A DNA stretch of 64,000 bases from Octopus sinensis (Eukaryota). The position numbers and the translations under genes are program-made. Under the pieces are notes generated by a model. That model searched no databases, was not told where the DNA came from, and saw only the letters and a list, made by a program, of their open reading frames with translations. Every line of letters starts with the position of its first letter. Within the stretch, counting starts at the first letter, position 1. Below are positions 26,394 through 37,172 of the stretch, one piece after another. The DNA lies in NCBI RefSeq assembly GCF_006345805.1, contig NC_042997.1:131874001-131938000 (forward strand), written 5' to 3'.

Positions 26394-27004
26394 AGTGAAA
26401 CCTTCACAGCTAAGGATTTCATAAAAATAACTAGATTTATCTACAATATAGACATGTTTTAGGTTTAAGAATATTGTTTTGGCAATAAATTAATACTTTC
26501 TATAACCACTACCACCAGTAGCTTCAATGTAAGTAGTTACTTCCATTATGACTGCTACTAGCCAACAGCTAGCTACTTACCACTACCCCAACTATAACCT
26601 CTACAACTATTGCGGGCACAGTTTGGGGAATGACTGCTGTTACTATATTTGCACATTGCTACCAACATCACTCACAGACATTACCAGTTTGTTGTTCACA
26701 CAATGATCAACACGTCTGGTACTATATAGACCAGGGTTTCTGAACCATTTTTTATCAATGAACCTCTTTTGATTACTATTTTATTCTGGGGGACACCCCA
26801 TAGCCATTTGATGTTTAAAAACTAGTTTTGTAGAATTTTCTGTCAAAATTCCTATTTTGTATTTCACACATTCACTTCTGTAGGTTGAACTATGTAAAAT
26901 GTTAGAAAAAGGATCTAGCTGTTTTTTGCAATACAAACTAATTATTTTTTTATTTATGCACCCTTTTCAAGCCTAGCCAGGCTCATGGGCCCAGTCCATC
27001 GCAG

Positions 27005-27210
27005 CGTTTCTCAAGAAACAGGAAGAGAGAGTGAGAGAAAGTTGGGGTGAAAGAATACAACAGGGGTCACCACCACCCCTTCGGAGCCACGAGGAGCTTT
27101 AGGTGTTTTCACTCAATAAACACACACAACACCCGGTCTGGGAATCGAAACCATGATCCTCCGACCGCAAGTCTGCTGCCCTAACCACTGGGCCATTGCA
27201 CCTCCACAAA
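27005..27210 (-). mobile_element. tRNA-derived SINE family E
   Basis: Minus-strand head ggtgcaatggcccagtggttagggcagcagac...ggtttcgattccc; related copy at 40318-40590. Confidence 0.7.
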
Positions 27211-27539
27211 TACAAACTAATACATACATATAAAGCAAAATTTTATTAGGGGCCCTTAAATACTATTATAGATCCCCAGTTTATTATTTTGTTACATGGA
27301 CCCCCATTGAAGTTATTGGTGGTAGTGGTGGTTGTAGAAAGTATTAATTTATTGACAAAACAATATTCTTACACTTAAACCACAGGTATAGATTCACATT
27401 TACTGATTATTTACTTCTGATGATGGGCCTTTGTGCCTGAAATTAGTTTCAATTTTTTAAATAATGGAATTAATGAATTGTTATTTTGTAACATAGTTTG
27501 TGATTTATTTATTAAAAAAGAAAGAATTAAATTCTAGCA

Positions 27540-28085
27540 GCCTTACCTGGAATTTGCATCACCGGTCTGGAACCCCTATCTTATCCAGGATATTAATCAT
27601 CTGGAAACCATTCAGAGACGTGCAACCAAGAGAATACCCTCCATCAGGCATTTGCCATATTCTGAACGCCTTAATTCTCTGGGCATGGATACATTGAAAC
27701 TCTGACGTCAGGCAACTGACTTGGCAGACAATTATTAACCATCTTACTAACAATAACTCTGAGCACCTTTTCAAACTCCCCCTGTCTAACACCCATGGAC
27801 ATGTTTACAAAGTCAGAAAACAGCGCAGCTCCCATGACTTTCAGAAACATTTTTTCATGCTAAAAGTTGCTGAAGTATGGAACAAACTGCCGGCATCAAT
27901 TGTTAGTTGTCAGAGCACTGCATCCTTCAAAACTTACAAGCACATATCTGACTCATACACTGTTCACTTCCCAGACATTTGTACATTACTGCATATGCTT
28001 TATACGCCCTTTTGACAAGTTGTGGTGCACTTGAGCACTGTAAACAATAATTTCATTATTATCATTATTATTATTATTATTACAT
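27540..28085 (+). mobile_element. 5'-truncated CR1 LINE 3' end with (ATT)n tail
   Basis: PYLEFASPVWNPYLIQDINHLETIQRRATKRIPSIRHLPYSERLNSLG, the classic CR1 ORF2 C-terminal motif. Confidence 0.85.
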
Positions 28086-28126
28086 TATAATGCATTCTTA
28101 ACTTGGTGAATTTCTTTTGTTTGCAG

Positions 28127-28722
28127 CCACATTACCAGCTGATTTCCGCAGTTATCCAGATTCCATAGAGTCATCTTCAGAGGCAGATGGTAGCATGGAA
28201 GGCAACTCTACCCATCATCACTACACTGATGATGGATGGCAGGACAATGAGAGCAACCAAAGTTACGAGGACAGCAGTGATAATGAGAAAGCTGATGAAT
28301 GGTCAAGGACATGCGATGACCTTGAAAACACTGACACCTCAGAGATGCTACGACAGATAGGAGCAAGTCTTAGGCAAAGGAGCGTTGCGAGTCTACATAA
28401 GATACGATCCCGTGAAGGGAGACGGAAACCAAAGAAAAGCAACTGCCACTGTGCCCAGGGCAACGATAACATCATAGCTTCATCTCTTACAAATACATGT
28501 ACCGATTTAGTACCAGCAACATTTGATGAGCAGGTACAAACCATTTTTTCCCCTACCCCAATTGAACTTCACAAGTTTACAATCGCTAAAGAAAATGCCA
28601 CAGAAGATTTCGGTTTCAGCTTATCAGAAGGAATGTACGAAAAGGGAGTTTATATCAGTGCCATTAGACCTGGAAGTCTGGCAGAGAAGTCTGGTCTCTT
28701 GCAATATGACCGGATTCTTCAG
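28127..28722 (+). CDS. GRIP1: GRIP1/2-like exon: acidic linker plus N-terminal half of the last PDZ domain
   Basis: PTPIELHKFTIAKENATEDFGFSLSEGMYEKGVYISAIRPGSLAEKSGLLQYDRILQ matches GRIP PDZ7 (TPVELHKVTL...EDFGFSV.DG..EKGVYV..IRP...YDRLLQ); ttgcag / GTAAGA boundaries; 596 nt, phase 1 to 0. Confidence 0.93.
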
Positions 28723-29369
28723 GTAAGACAATTCTTAAAATATTTCGTTCCATAAACATTATTTATTTAGACCCTTTGCTTCCTTTCAAGTATAAACCAT
28801 CAATGACTTTTCTCTTCTGTTCTCAAACCTAGGCTCTCTTTACTGCTTCTCTCTAGTTGGCTTTTTTTTTTTTTTTGTTAGTTTTGCCTTCCAGCTAAGT
28901 TTATTATCATCATCATCATTATTATTGTTATTAAGGCAGCAAGCTAGCAGAATTATTAGCACACTGGATGAAATAAATGCTTAGCGGTATTTTGCCTGCC
29001 GCTACATTCTGAGTTCAAATTCCGCCAAAGTTGACTTTGCCTTTCATCCTTTCAGAGTCGATAAATTAAGTACCAGTGAAACAGAGGGGTGAGGTGTCAA
29101 TGTAATCGACTAGTCCCCTCCCAGAAATTTCAAGCCTTGTGCTTATAGTAGAAATTATTATTATTTAGTGAGTTGGACTAAATTCTTAGCAGTTTTTTTT
29201 CTGACTCTTTACATTCTGAGTTCAAATTCCACCAAAGTTGACTTTGCTTTTCATCCTTTCGGAGTTGATGGTTGATAAAATAAGCACTAGTCAAATACTG
29301 GAGTTGATGTAACTGATTAAGCCTGTCTTCCTAGAATTGTTGGCCTCATGTCAGAATTTGAGGTGTTAT

Positions 29370-29888
29370 TATTATTATTATTGAGTGAGAGAGCAGTACA
29401 TGCCATCAAAGTGACACTGGGGTACAAATATATGAAGCCCAGTATACCCATCATGACTACCCGTCTGATAAGGGTACACCAGGCACATGCATCACAACCA
29501 TATGTGCGCGACATGGTGATCTCATAACAAGATAAACAGCGCATGACCTTGCGGGTGGGGCCCAGTTAGAATTTTCTTCTGGTTGGGTAACCCATCCCAC
29601 TCAAAAGGTCCCTGATTAAGGGTTGTTTAAGGATGTTGAACGAAACACCCATGTTTCCAGAGGTGAATTATTCAAACCCCAAAGAATCCCTCTCAACACA
29701 TGGCTATGATGCTCCCCACTACTTCTGCTTGTGATCAGAGATGCACATATCATCAGCCACTAAGGGACATGGTCAACTGGTTATGGTCAAACAACTGACA
29801 AGCAAATCTGTGGTATTGAGTAGAATATTTGCTGTAGCCCATCTTTTATACCAAGACAAAACAATGTACATGATAACACTTCCAGTCA

Positions 29889-29890
<2 letters not shown>
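29370..29890 (-). mobile_element. Unclassified ~0.5-kb retroposon-like repeat with (AAT)n end
   Basis: Higher GC than flanks and bounded by simple repeats; family not identified. Confidence 0.4.
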
Positions 29891-29923
<33 letters not shown>

Positions 29924-29990
29924 CATTATTATCATTATTATCATTATTATTATTATTATTATCATTATTATTATTATCATTATTATTATT
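29890..29990. repeat. (TAT)n/(CAT) trinucleotide microsatellite
   Basis: Seen directly; source of the poly-Tyr/His ORF. Confidence 0.95.
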
Positions 29991-30249
29991 CTTAAGGTGA
30001 TGAGCTGGCAGAATCATTAGTATGCCTGACAAGATGCTTAGTGACATTTCTTCGGGCTTTACGTTTTGGGTTCAAATGCTGTTGTGGTCAGCTTTGCCTT
30101 TTATCCTTTTGGGAGTTGATAAAATAAGTACCAGTTGAACACTGAGATTAATGTAATTGACTTACCCCTTCCCCTGAAATTGCTGGCCTAGTGCCAAAAT
30201 TCGAAACCATTATTGTTATTATAATTATTATCTCTTTTTCTGATTTCAG

Positions 30250-30417
30250 GTGAATAATGTGAAAACTCGAGATTTTGATTGCCGCCTTGTAGTACCAGTT
30301 ATTGCCGAGGCTGGCAGCTGTTTAGAGTTGGTTGTAAGCCGAAATCCTCTGGCAGATGCATCAAATGAAGGGAGAGCTTATATGTTAAATAATAAGAAAC
30401 CTTTGAAATCTTTATGA
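30250..30417 (+). CDS. GRIP1: GRIP1/2-like terminal coding exon ([35 protein letters not shown]...KPLKSL*)
   Basis: ttcag acceptor; completes PDZ7 (cf. [32 protein letters not shown]); TGA at 30415-30417. Confidence 0.93.
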   Translation: MNNVKTRDFDCRLVVPVIAEAGSCLELVVSRNPLADASNEGRAYMLNNKKPLKSL

Positions 30418-31103
30418 AATATAAGAAAGGACTAATTCTATACCAATTTTCAAGGTTTCAGTTTTCATGACCTCATTTTTTTAAAACATGAAATTCATTG
30501 AGCTTGCTATGAGATTTTTGGGATTAATCTGTGTGTCTCATACTTTGTACTCCAGGAATATACCGGAAACAATCTAATTTTCAAACCTAACAAAGAAAAT
30601 GTTTTAGATTGCTAAGTAAATATGATGATACAAGCGTGTGCGTTGGATTAATCTACAGCATACTAAATATATTGTATCATTGCTAAGTAAATATCTGTCA
30701 AAACGAGGAAGGGAATATGTGAGATAATCTTACACATATGTTACTTAACAAACATCCCCAAGAGAGAACGAGAGAGAGAGAAGTGTGTGTATATCGTTGT
30801 TATTGTTGTTTGTTTTGTTTATTTTTAAAAATTTTATTAAAAAAAATTATTTATTCATCATTTGCCGTTTGGTGAACGTTTAAAGAACTGATTTTACAGG
30901 AATCAATTAAAGGAAGAAATGAAGACAAGATTTTTTTTTTTGAAAGAGCAGCAGTAAATCATGTACAACAATTAAGACCAAGTTAATTAACTTTGAAAGT
31001 AGCAATAGAAGAGACGGTGCTTACAAGCTAACGACTAAACCAAACTGCTACACTAGTTATCTTTTCAAATTCATGTGGGACATTACATGAGTGGGAAAAT
31101 TGC

Positions 31104-31334
31104 TTAACTCTTTTGGTACCAATCCAACTAAGACTGTCCTTGGTTCTTTGATATAAGCTTCCTGGTTTAAAGTGATATAAAAATTAAAACCTTTCATTAA
31201 AATGTCATGTTAATTTATGTTCTGAACTTCAGCTTAATAATGACAAATTTATTTTAATAAATTCATCGTTATTTTCCAAATTAATTGAAACAAAGGCAAT
31301 GTATTGCAACAGAATATGGTAGCAAAAGGGTTAA
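31104..31334. mobile_element. piggyBac-like MITE (TTAA-C.CT...AGGG-TTAA)
   Basis: TTAA at both ends with short TIRs; related copies at 32529-32756 and 47718-47936. Confidence 0.65.
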
Positions 31335-33067
31335 CTGATATATGTGTGTGTGTGTGTGTGTGCAAACTCCATCTTACACAGCTTGCTGATGAAGCAATGA
31401 AGCTGTCTGTCTCTCTTTCTCTCTCTCTCTCTCTCCATTGAACTGAATTTTAAATATAGATATGAAATAAATTCCACAATACTCAGTCAACAAAATGATA
31501 TTCAGTGGCAGAAAAGAAATAAAGAAGAGGCCATGGAACTGGACTCTTAAGAAACGGTTCCTATTGATAATTGATGGCCTTTCAAACATGTGTTACCAAC
31601 ACAAATTTGTAAAATTTGGACAATTAACCAAATGTATATTGCTGTGATTGTTTAGTTATCTGTATATTTCTGTGTGTGTGTGTGTTGTTGTTTTTTTTCT
31701 TTGCAGGAATGGCCTTCATATTGTCAGTAAGTAACTAGAAAAAGAGTTCTGTGAAACATAACCAAAAAAAAAAAAATCATAACTATTTGTCATAATTAAA
31801 CAAAAACAAGCTTGCATTCTTACCGTCATCGATTCCTACAGTATATTATGTTTCTGCGACAAACTTTTTCATTCTTGCTGCCAGATTTGCTTTTCAGTTG
31901 TCCTCCTCATAACATTTGGGTCTGCCTTGACCGTGAATGATTAAAAAGAACAAAAAAAAGACCATCCAGTATAAACAAAAAAAAAAGTTTCCAAAATTTT
32001 TTTCCCCAAAAGTTGTTTCATCATCATTTTGATTAATTTAAGTTGGGGATCATTTACAAACTCAAATAAATCTTTTTTGTAATGGAAAAATTTCATGCCA
32101 TAATGTCTGTCCTCCACATTTCTTAAATTTGAATACTGGAAAATGTTTGATGTGACTTTGCTCACAAAATAAATATATATAAAAAAATAAATCAAAACTG
32201 TAATAGTTTGATGTTCCATCCTTCTTGGTATTTCTTTTTTCCTATCTTTCATTCACATAAACATCGAAATATATATTGTTTTACTAATTTCGTTTTTAAT
32301 TTCATAAATCAATGTTTTTTTTCTTTTTCTTTTATGGAAAGGCATCACACATAACCAATTTAGGGATTCCAAGAGAGTGGAAGAAAAAGGGGGAGATAAA
32401 TTACAACAGCTGGATTGTTGCAAATGGAAGAAACAGTGCATGAAGATGTTACCCTTAGACCATGGCCTTGGTCTCAATGTTTGTTAGGGTCGACTTAGTT
32501 ACAGGAACCCAAAGGCTAGGTTGTCATGTTAACCCTTTCGTTGCTGTATTTATTTTGAGATGTTCTGTGTTTCTTTCAATTACTTTAAATATAACAAAGA
32601 ATTTAGTAAAATAACTTAGTTATCATTTAGCTACTGTTAAGAACATAAATTGTGACTAAGGTTTGGTGGAAGATTTTAATTCAAAACTTATGAAAACAAG
32701 ACATTTGTCCTCAGATCCAGAGCTGGTTTCAGCCAGGTTGGTAACAAAAGGGTTAAACTGGTTGATGGATTGTGTCAACTGCTCACAACTATGTATAGTT
32801 CACAGGTTTCAGTGGGCCCAGTTTCAATACCAACACTTAAGTGACTTGACACAAAGGTACTTGCTGCAAAGTACCATACTGTTATATTGATTTTGGAACC
32901 ATGTCACTGTGAAAGAAACTTCTTAGCCACATCAATATAAGTCTCTTCAAACAAATACTTGAATGCATAAAGCTCTTAAATTTAAAATCCAGTACAGACA
33001 GAAGGAGCGACATAGGATGTCATGTATAGTGGTAGTAGACTTCCATTGCTTAACAATGAAGATAAAC

Positions 33068-33812
33068 GATAATAATAATAATAATAATAATAGTAATGAA
33101 ATTATTGTATACAGTGCTCAGGTGCACCACAACTTGTCAAAAAGTGCATATAAAGCATATGCAGTAATGTACAAATGTCTGGAAAGTGAACAGTGTATGA
33201 GTCAGATACATGCTTGCGTGTGTATGGAGGGAAGAAAATCAGGTGTAGTGTTGGCGAATCTCAGGAAGCATGGAAGTTTTGAAGGATGCAGTGCTCCGAC
33301 AACTAACAACTGATGCCAACATCAATAACTGATTCCATACTTCAGCATCTCTTAGCATTAAAAAATGTTTCCGGAAGTCATGGGAGCTGTGCTGTTTTCT
33401 GACTTTGTAAACATGTCCACAGGTGTTAGACAGGTGGAGTTTGAAAAGGCGTTCTGAGTTATTGTTAGTAAGATAATAATGAAATTATTGTATACAGTTT
33501 TCAGGTGCACCACAACTTGTCAAAAGTGCATATAAAGCATATGCAGTAATGTACAAATGTCTGGAAAGTGAACAGTGTATGAGTCAGATACATGCTTGCG
33601 TGTGTATGGAGGAAAGAAAATCAGGTGTGGTGTTGGCGAATCTCAGGAAGCATGGAAGTTTTGAAGAATGCAGTGCTCCGACAACTAACAACTGATGCTG
33701 GCAGTTTGTTCCATACTTCAGCAACTCTTAGCACGAAAAAATGTTTCCGAAATTCATGGGAGCTGTGCTGTTTTCTGACTTTGTAAACATGTCCACGGGT
33801 GTTAGACAGGTT
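33068..33812 (-). mobile_element. Two head-to-tail 5'-truncated CR1 3' ends (33068-33468, 33472-33812)
   Basis: Both are reverse complements of the 3' part of the 27540-28085 copy; they differ from each other at several sites. Confidence 0.85.
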
Positions 33813-34412
33813 GTTTTTTGATCAACACAGTTAATTGTTCACTTATTTAATGTGCAAGTGGATGAGTATTCCAAAAAAAAACGTGACCCCTTAATGTAAT
33901 TCTCAGGCAGAATTATCATGACACAGCATGTGACAAAGCTGTACCTTTGAGTCACACATACAATCCACCCAATGGACTTCTATGCAGTATCTGTCTCGCC
34001 AAGTTCACTCTCATGGAATGGGTCAACTCCAAGCTATAGAAAATTGCATTTGCTCTGTGAGATTTAACTCTTTAGCATTCAGATTACTTGTCAAATATAA
34101 TGCTTATTTATCCACATTGTTTTAAATTAATAATACATTATCTCTCACAGCTTTGAGATTTTGATGATGTGATTACTCTTTTATTTGTTCCAGTCATTTG
34201 ACTGTGGCCATGCTGGAGCACTTCCTTTAATCGAGCAAATCAACCCCAGGACTTATTCTTTGTAAGCCTAGTACTTATTCTATTGGTCTCTTTTACCGAA
34301 CCGCTAAGTTATGGGGACGTAAACACACCAGCATCGGTTGTCAAGCGATGTTGGGGGGATAAACACAGACACACAAATGTATACATGCACACACATACAT
34401 ACATACATACAT

Positions 34413-34459
<47 letters not shown>

Positions 34460-35123
34460 CAGCCATGCCTGTACCTATATCTGTACATTTAAGTTTTGTA
34501 GCTTAATTAATTAAATGATTTTCTAATAATATATATAAATAACAGTTGTTTATTTTAAAACATATTTCTTCAGATATTGAATGAAAGTAACTTTTGAGTC
34601 ATGAAAAAAAAAAATTACCAGAATTATGACATTGGTGAAGACAGAACAACAATAGGAAGTAAGAGCTGAAGATATAGATTAGAATTCTTGGCCCAATATT
34701 GGTAAAATGTTATACATTTCACTCCTACTGATAATTAACAAAATACTAAATACTTTGAATCCAGGAAGGGCTTTTTTCTTTTTGTTTTCTCTAATATATA
34801 TTTACAAATTTACATTTCTCTTCCTGAACTAATTTCTAAGTATGAAACCGTTTTGGAATATTTTGTATTCTATTTATTCTACAAACATGGCTATAGATAC
34901 AGGCATTGTTATTTTGTCCAGAAATTAGCTTTCCAACCACTTGGCAAGTGTCTTCTACTATTGCTCTGGGCAGCAAAAGATTGTGAATAAACTTGGTTGA
35001 AAGAAACTGAAAAAAGCCCATCATATATATATATAAAGTTAATCCAAACATGAAAACACAAAGAGAAAACACAACAACGCGAGGACAAGTATAGTATTAT
35101 TGGATGCTCAGGAAAGAAGGAGG

Positions 35124-35158
35124 GTTTAACATTTCGAGCAGAGCTCTTCGTCAGAAAC
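35124..35158 (-). ncRNA. Minimal type I hammerhead ribozyme motif (Penelope-type)
   Basis: GUUU-CUGACGA-A-GAGC(UCU)GCUC-GAAA-UG-U-U-AAAC: intact CUGANGA and GAAA core, 4-bp stems I and II, GUU cleavage triplet. Confidence 0.65.
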
Positions 35159-35670
35159 AGGAAAAGGAAAGATCCAAAGAAGGGAAGACGGAGGAAAAAA
35201 AAATCGCCAACGGTACACACGCGGTTACATTTTGAATGGACCGCGTGTGTACACACACACACACATATATATATGTGTGTGTGAAGGGTTAGGGTGTTGT
35301 GAGATCGTGGGTTCGATTCTCAGACCAGGCACTGTGTTGTGTTCTTAAGCATAGCCCTTCATGTCACGTTCCTCTGCATTCATTTCGACATCTGACATGT
35401 GGCACCCAGTTGCACCTGTACAGGTAATGTCAATTTGATGGAAGGAGTGAGCTTAAGCTTATGTTTACACAAACAATTGATCATTATAAACAAATCATCT
35501 GTGTGGTTGTTTGGTAAGAAATTGTTGAACCCTCATACATCGTCTAACAACAGGACAGTCCATTATATATATATATCCCCACATATCTCACATCAATTTT
35601 CATTCCTCCACCTCACTCTCTATTTTGTATCCCATCTAAATTAATTATTACTTAACCATCCTCTCACACC

Positions 35671-35722
35671 GTCTCCGATGAAGGGATATCATTAATAAAT
35701 ATCCTGGAAACAGCTGTAAGAC
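35671..35722 (+). ncRNA. Minimal type I hammerhead ribozyme motif with palindromic stem III, core-mutated
   Basis: GUCU-CCGAUGA-A-GGGAUAU(loop)AUAUCCU-G-GAAA-CAGCUG-U-A-AGAC; ACAGCUGU is self-complementary; U4 is C in this copy. Confidence 0.55.
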
Positions 35723-36364
35723 CTTCTATCTATAAATGTTCTAATATCTACACAGCCTTGGTTTTTTTTATCTCATTGTACAAAAAATTCATATATGAGT
35801 ATGTGTGTCCTCATCTTGACTTCACATGATAGCTGTAGAAGAATTCCACTGTTATGTTAGTGGTGTTGTTCATTTTCAGCCTACCATGAAAATATATCTG
35901 GTGCGGGCATGGCTGTGTGGTTAGGGAGCTTGCTTTCTAGCTACATGGTTTCGGGTTCAGTCCCACTGCGTGGCACTTTGGGTAGGTGTCTTCCGCTATA
36001 GCACTGAGCCGACCGAAGCTTTGTGATTGAATTCGGCAGGCAGAAGTTACTGCCGTGTGTATATATGTGCGTGTAGGTGCTTGTGCCTCTCCGAAAGAGA
36101 GAGGGATGGAAAAAAATTACCTTATTGCAAAATAGGTTAGGGTTGTTGACAGGAAGAGCATCTGGCCTAAGAAAATCTGCCTCAACAAAGTCCTTCTGAT
36201 CCATGCAAGCATGTAAATGATGATGAACACTGCAAATCACTTTAAAGTTTTTTGGACCTAAATATTTTTCTCACTTGCAATAATTTATCATTAATTACTC
36301 TGTCTCTCTTTGAAATGATTGTAAGGTAAAATAGATAGGGGTGATTGTGGTTATTATGAATATA

Positions 36365-37172
36365 TAGGCGTAGGAGTGGCTGTGTGGTAAGTAGCTTGCT
36401 TACCAACCACATGGTTCTGGGTTCAGTCCCACTGCATGGCACCTTGGGCAAGTGTCTTCTACTATAGCCTCGGGCCGACCAAAGCCTTGTGAGTGGGTTT
36501 GGTAGATGGAAACTGAAAGAAGCCCGTCGTATGTACATATATATATATATCATCATCATCATCATTTAGCGTCCGCTTTCCATGCTAGCATGGGTTGGAC
36601 GGTTCAACTGGGTCTGTGAAGCTGGAAGGCTTCATCAGACCCAGTCAGATCTGGCAGTGTTTCTATGGCTGGATGCCCTTCCTAACGCCAACCACTCCGT
36701 GAGTGTAGTGGGTGCTTTTTACATGCCACCCGCACAGGTGCCAGACAGAGCTGGCAAACGGCCACGAACGGATGGTGCTTTTACGTGTCACCGGCACGGG
36801 GCCAGGCGATGCTGGCAACGGACACGAACGGATGGTGCTTTTACGTGCCACCGACACGGGGGCCAGACAGAGCTGGCATACGGCCACAAACGGATGGTGC
36901 TTTTACGTGTCACCGGCACGGGGGCCAGGCGAGGCTGGCAACGGACACAAACGGATGGTGCTTTTACGTGCCACCGACATGGGGGCCAGGTGTGTGTGTG
37001 TATATGTTTGTGTCTGTGTTACGTCCCCGTAACTTAGCAGTTCGGCAAAAGAGACTGATAGAATAAGTACTAGGCTTACAAAGAATAAGTCCTGGGGTCA
37101 ATTTGCTCGACTAAAGGCAGTGCTCCAGCATGGCCACAGTCAAATGACTGAAACAAGTAAAAGAGTAAAGAG
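36365..37172 (+). mobile_element. Family A SINE split by a family B element (36549-36990, -) inserted in its central microsatellite
   Basis: Head 36365-36540, tail 36991-37172 resumes at the (TG)n tract. Confidence 0.85.
36710..36990. repeat. ~60-bp minisatellite, about 4.5 units, inside the family B element
   Basis: Repeated acggatggtgcttttacgtg(c/t)caccg(g/a)cacgggggccag unit. Confidence 0.9.

Noticed and set aside
29741-29995. Poly-Tyr/His ORF
   Set aside because: Produced by a (TAT/CAT)n microsatellite
36710-36990. Repeat array as CRISPR
   Set aside because: Units are contiguous with no unique spacers, there are no cas genes, and the context is a eukaryotic retroelement
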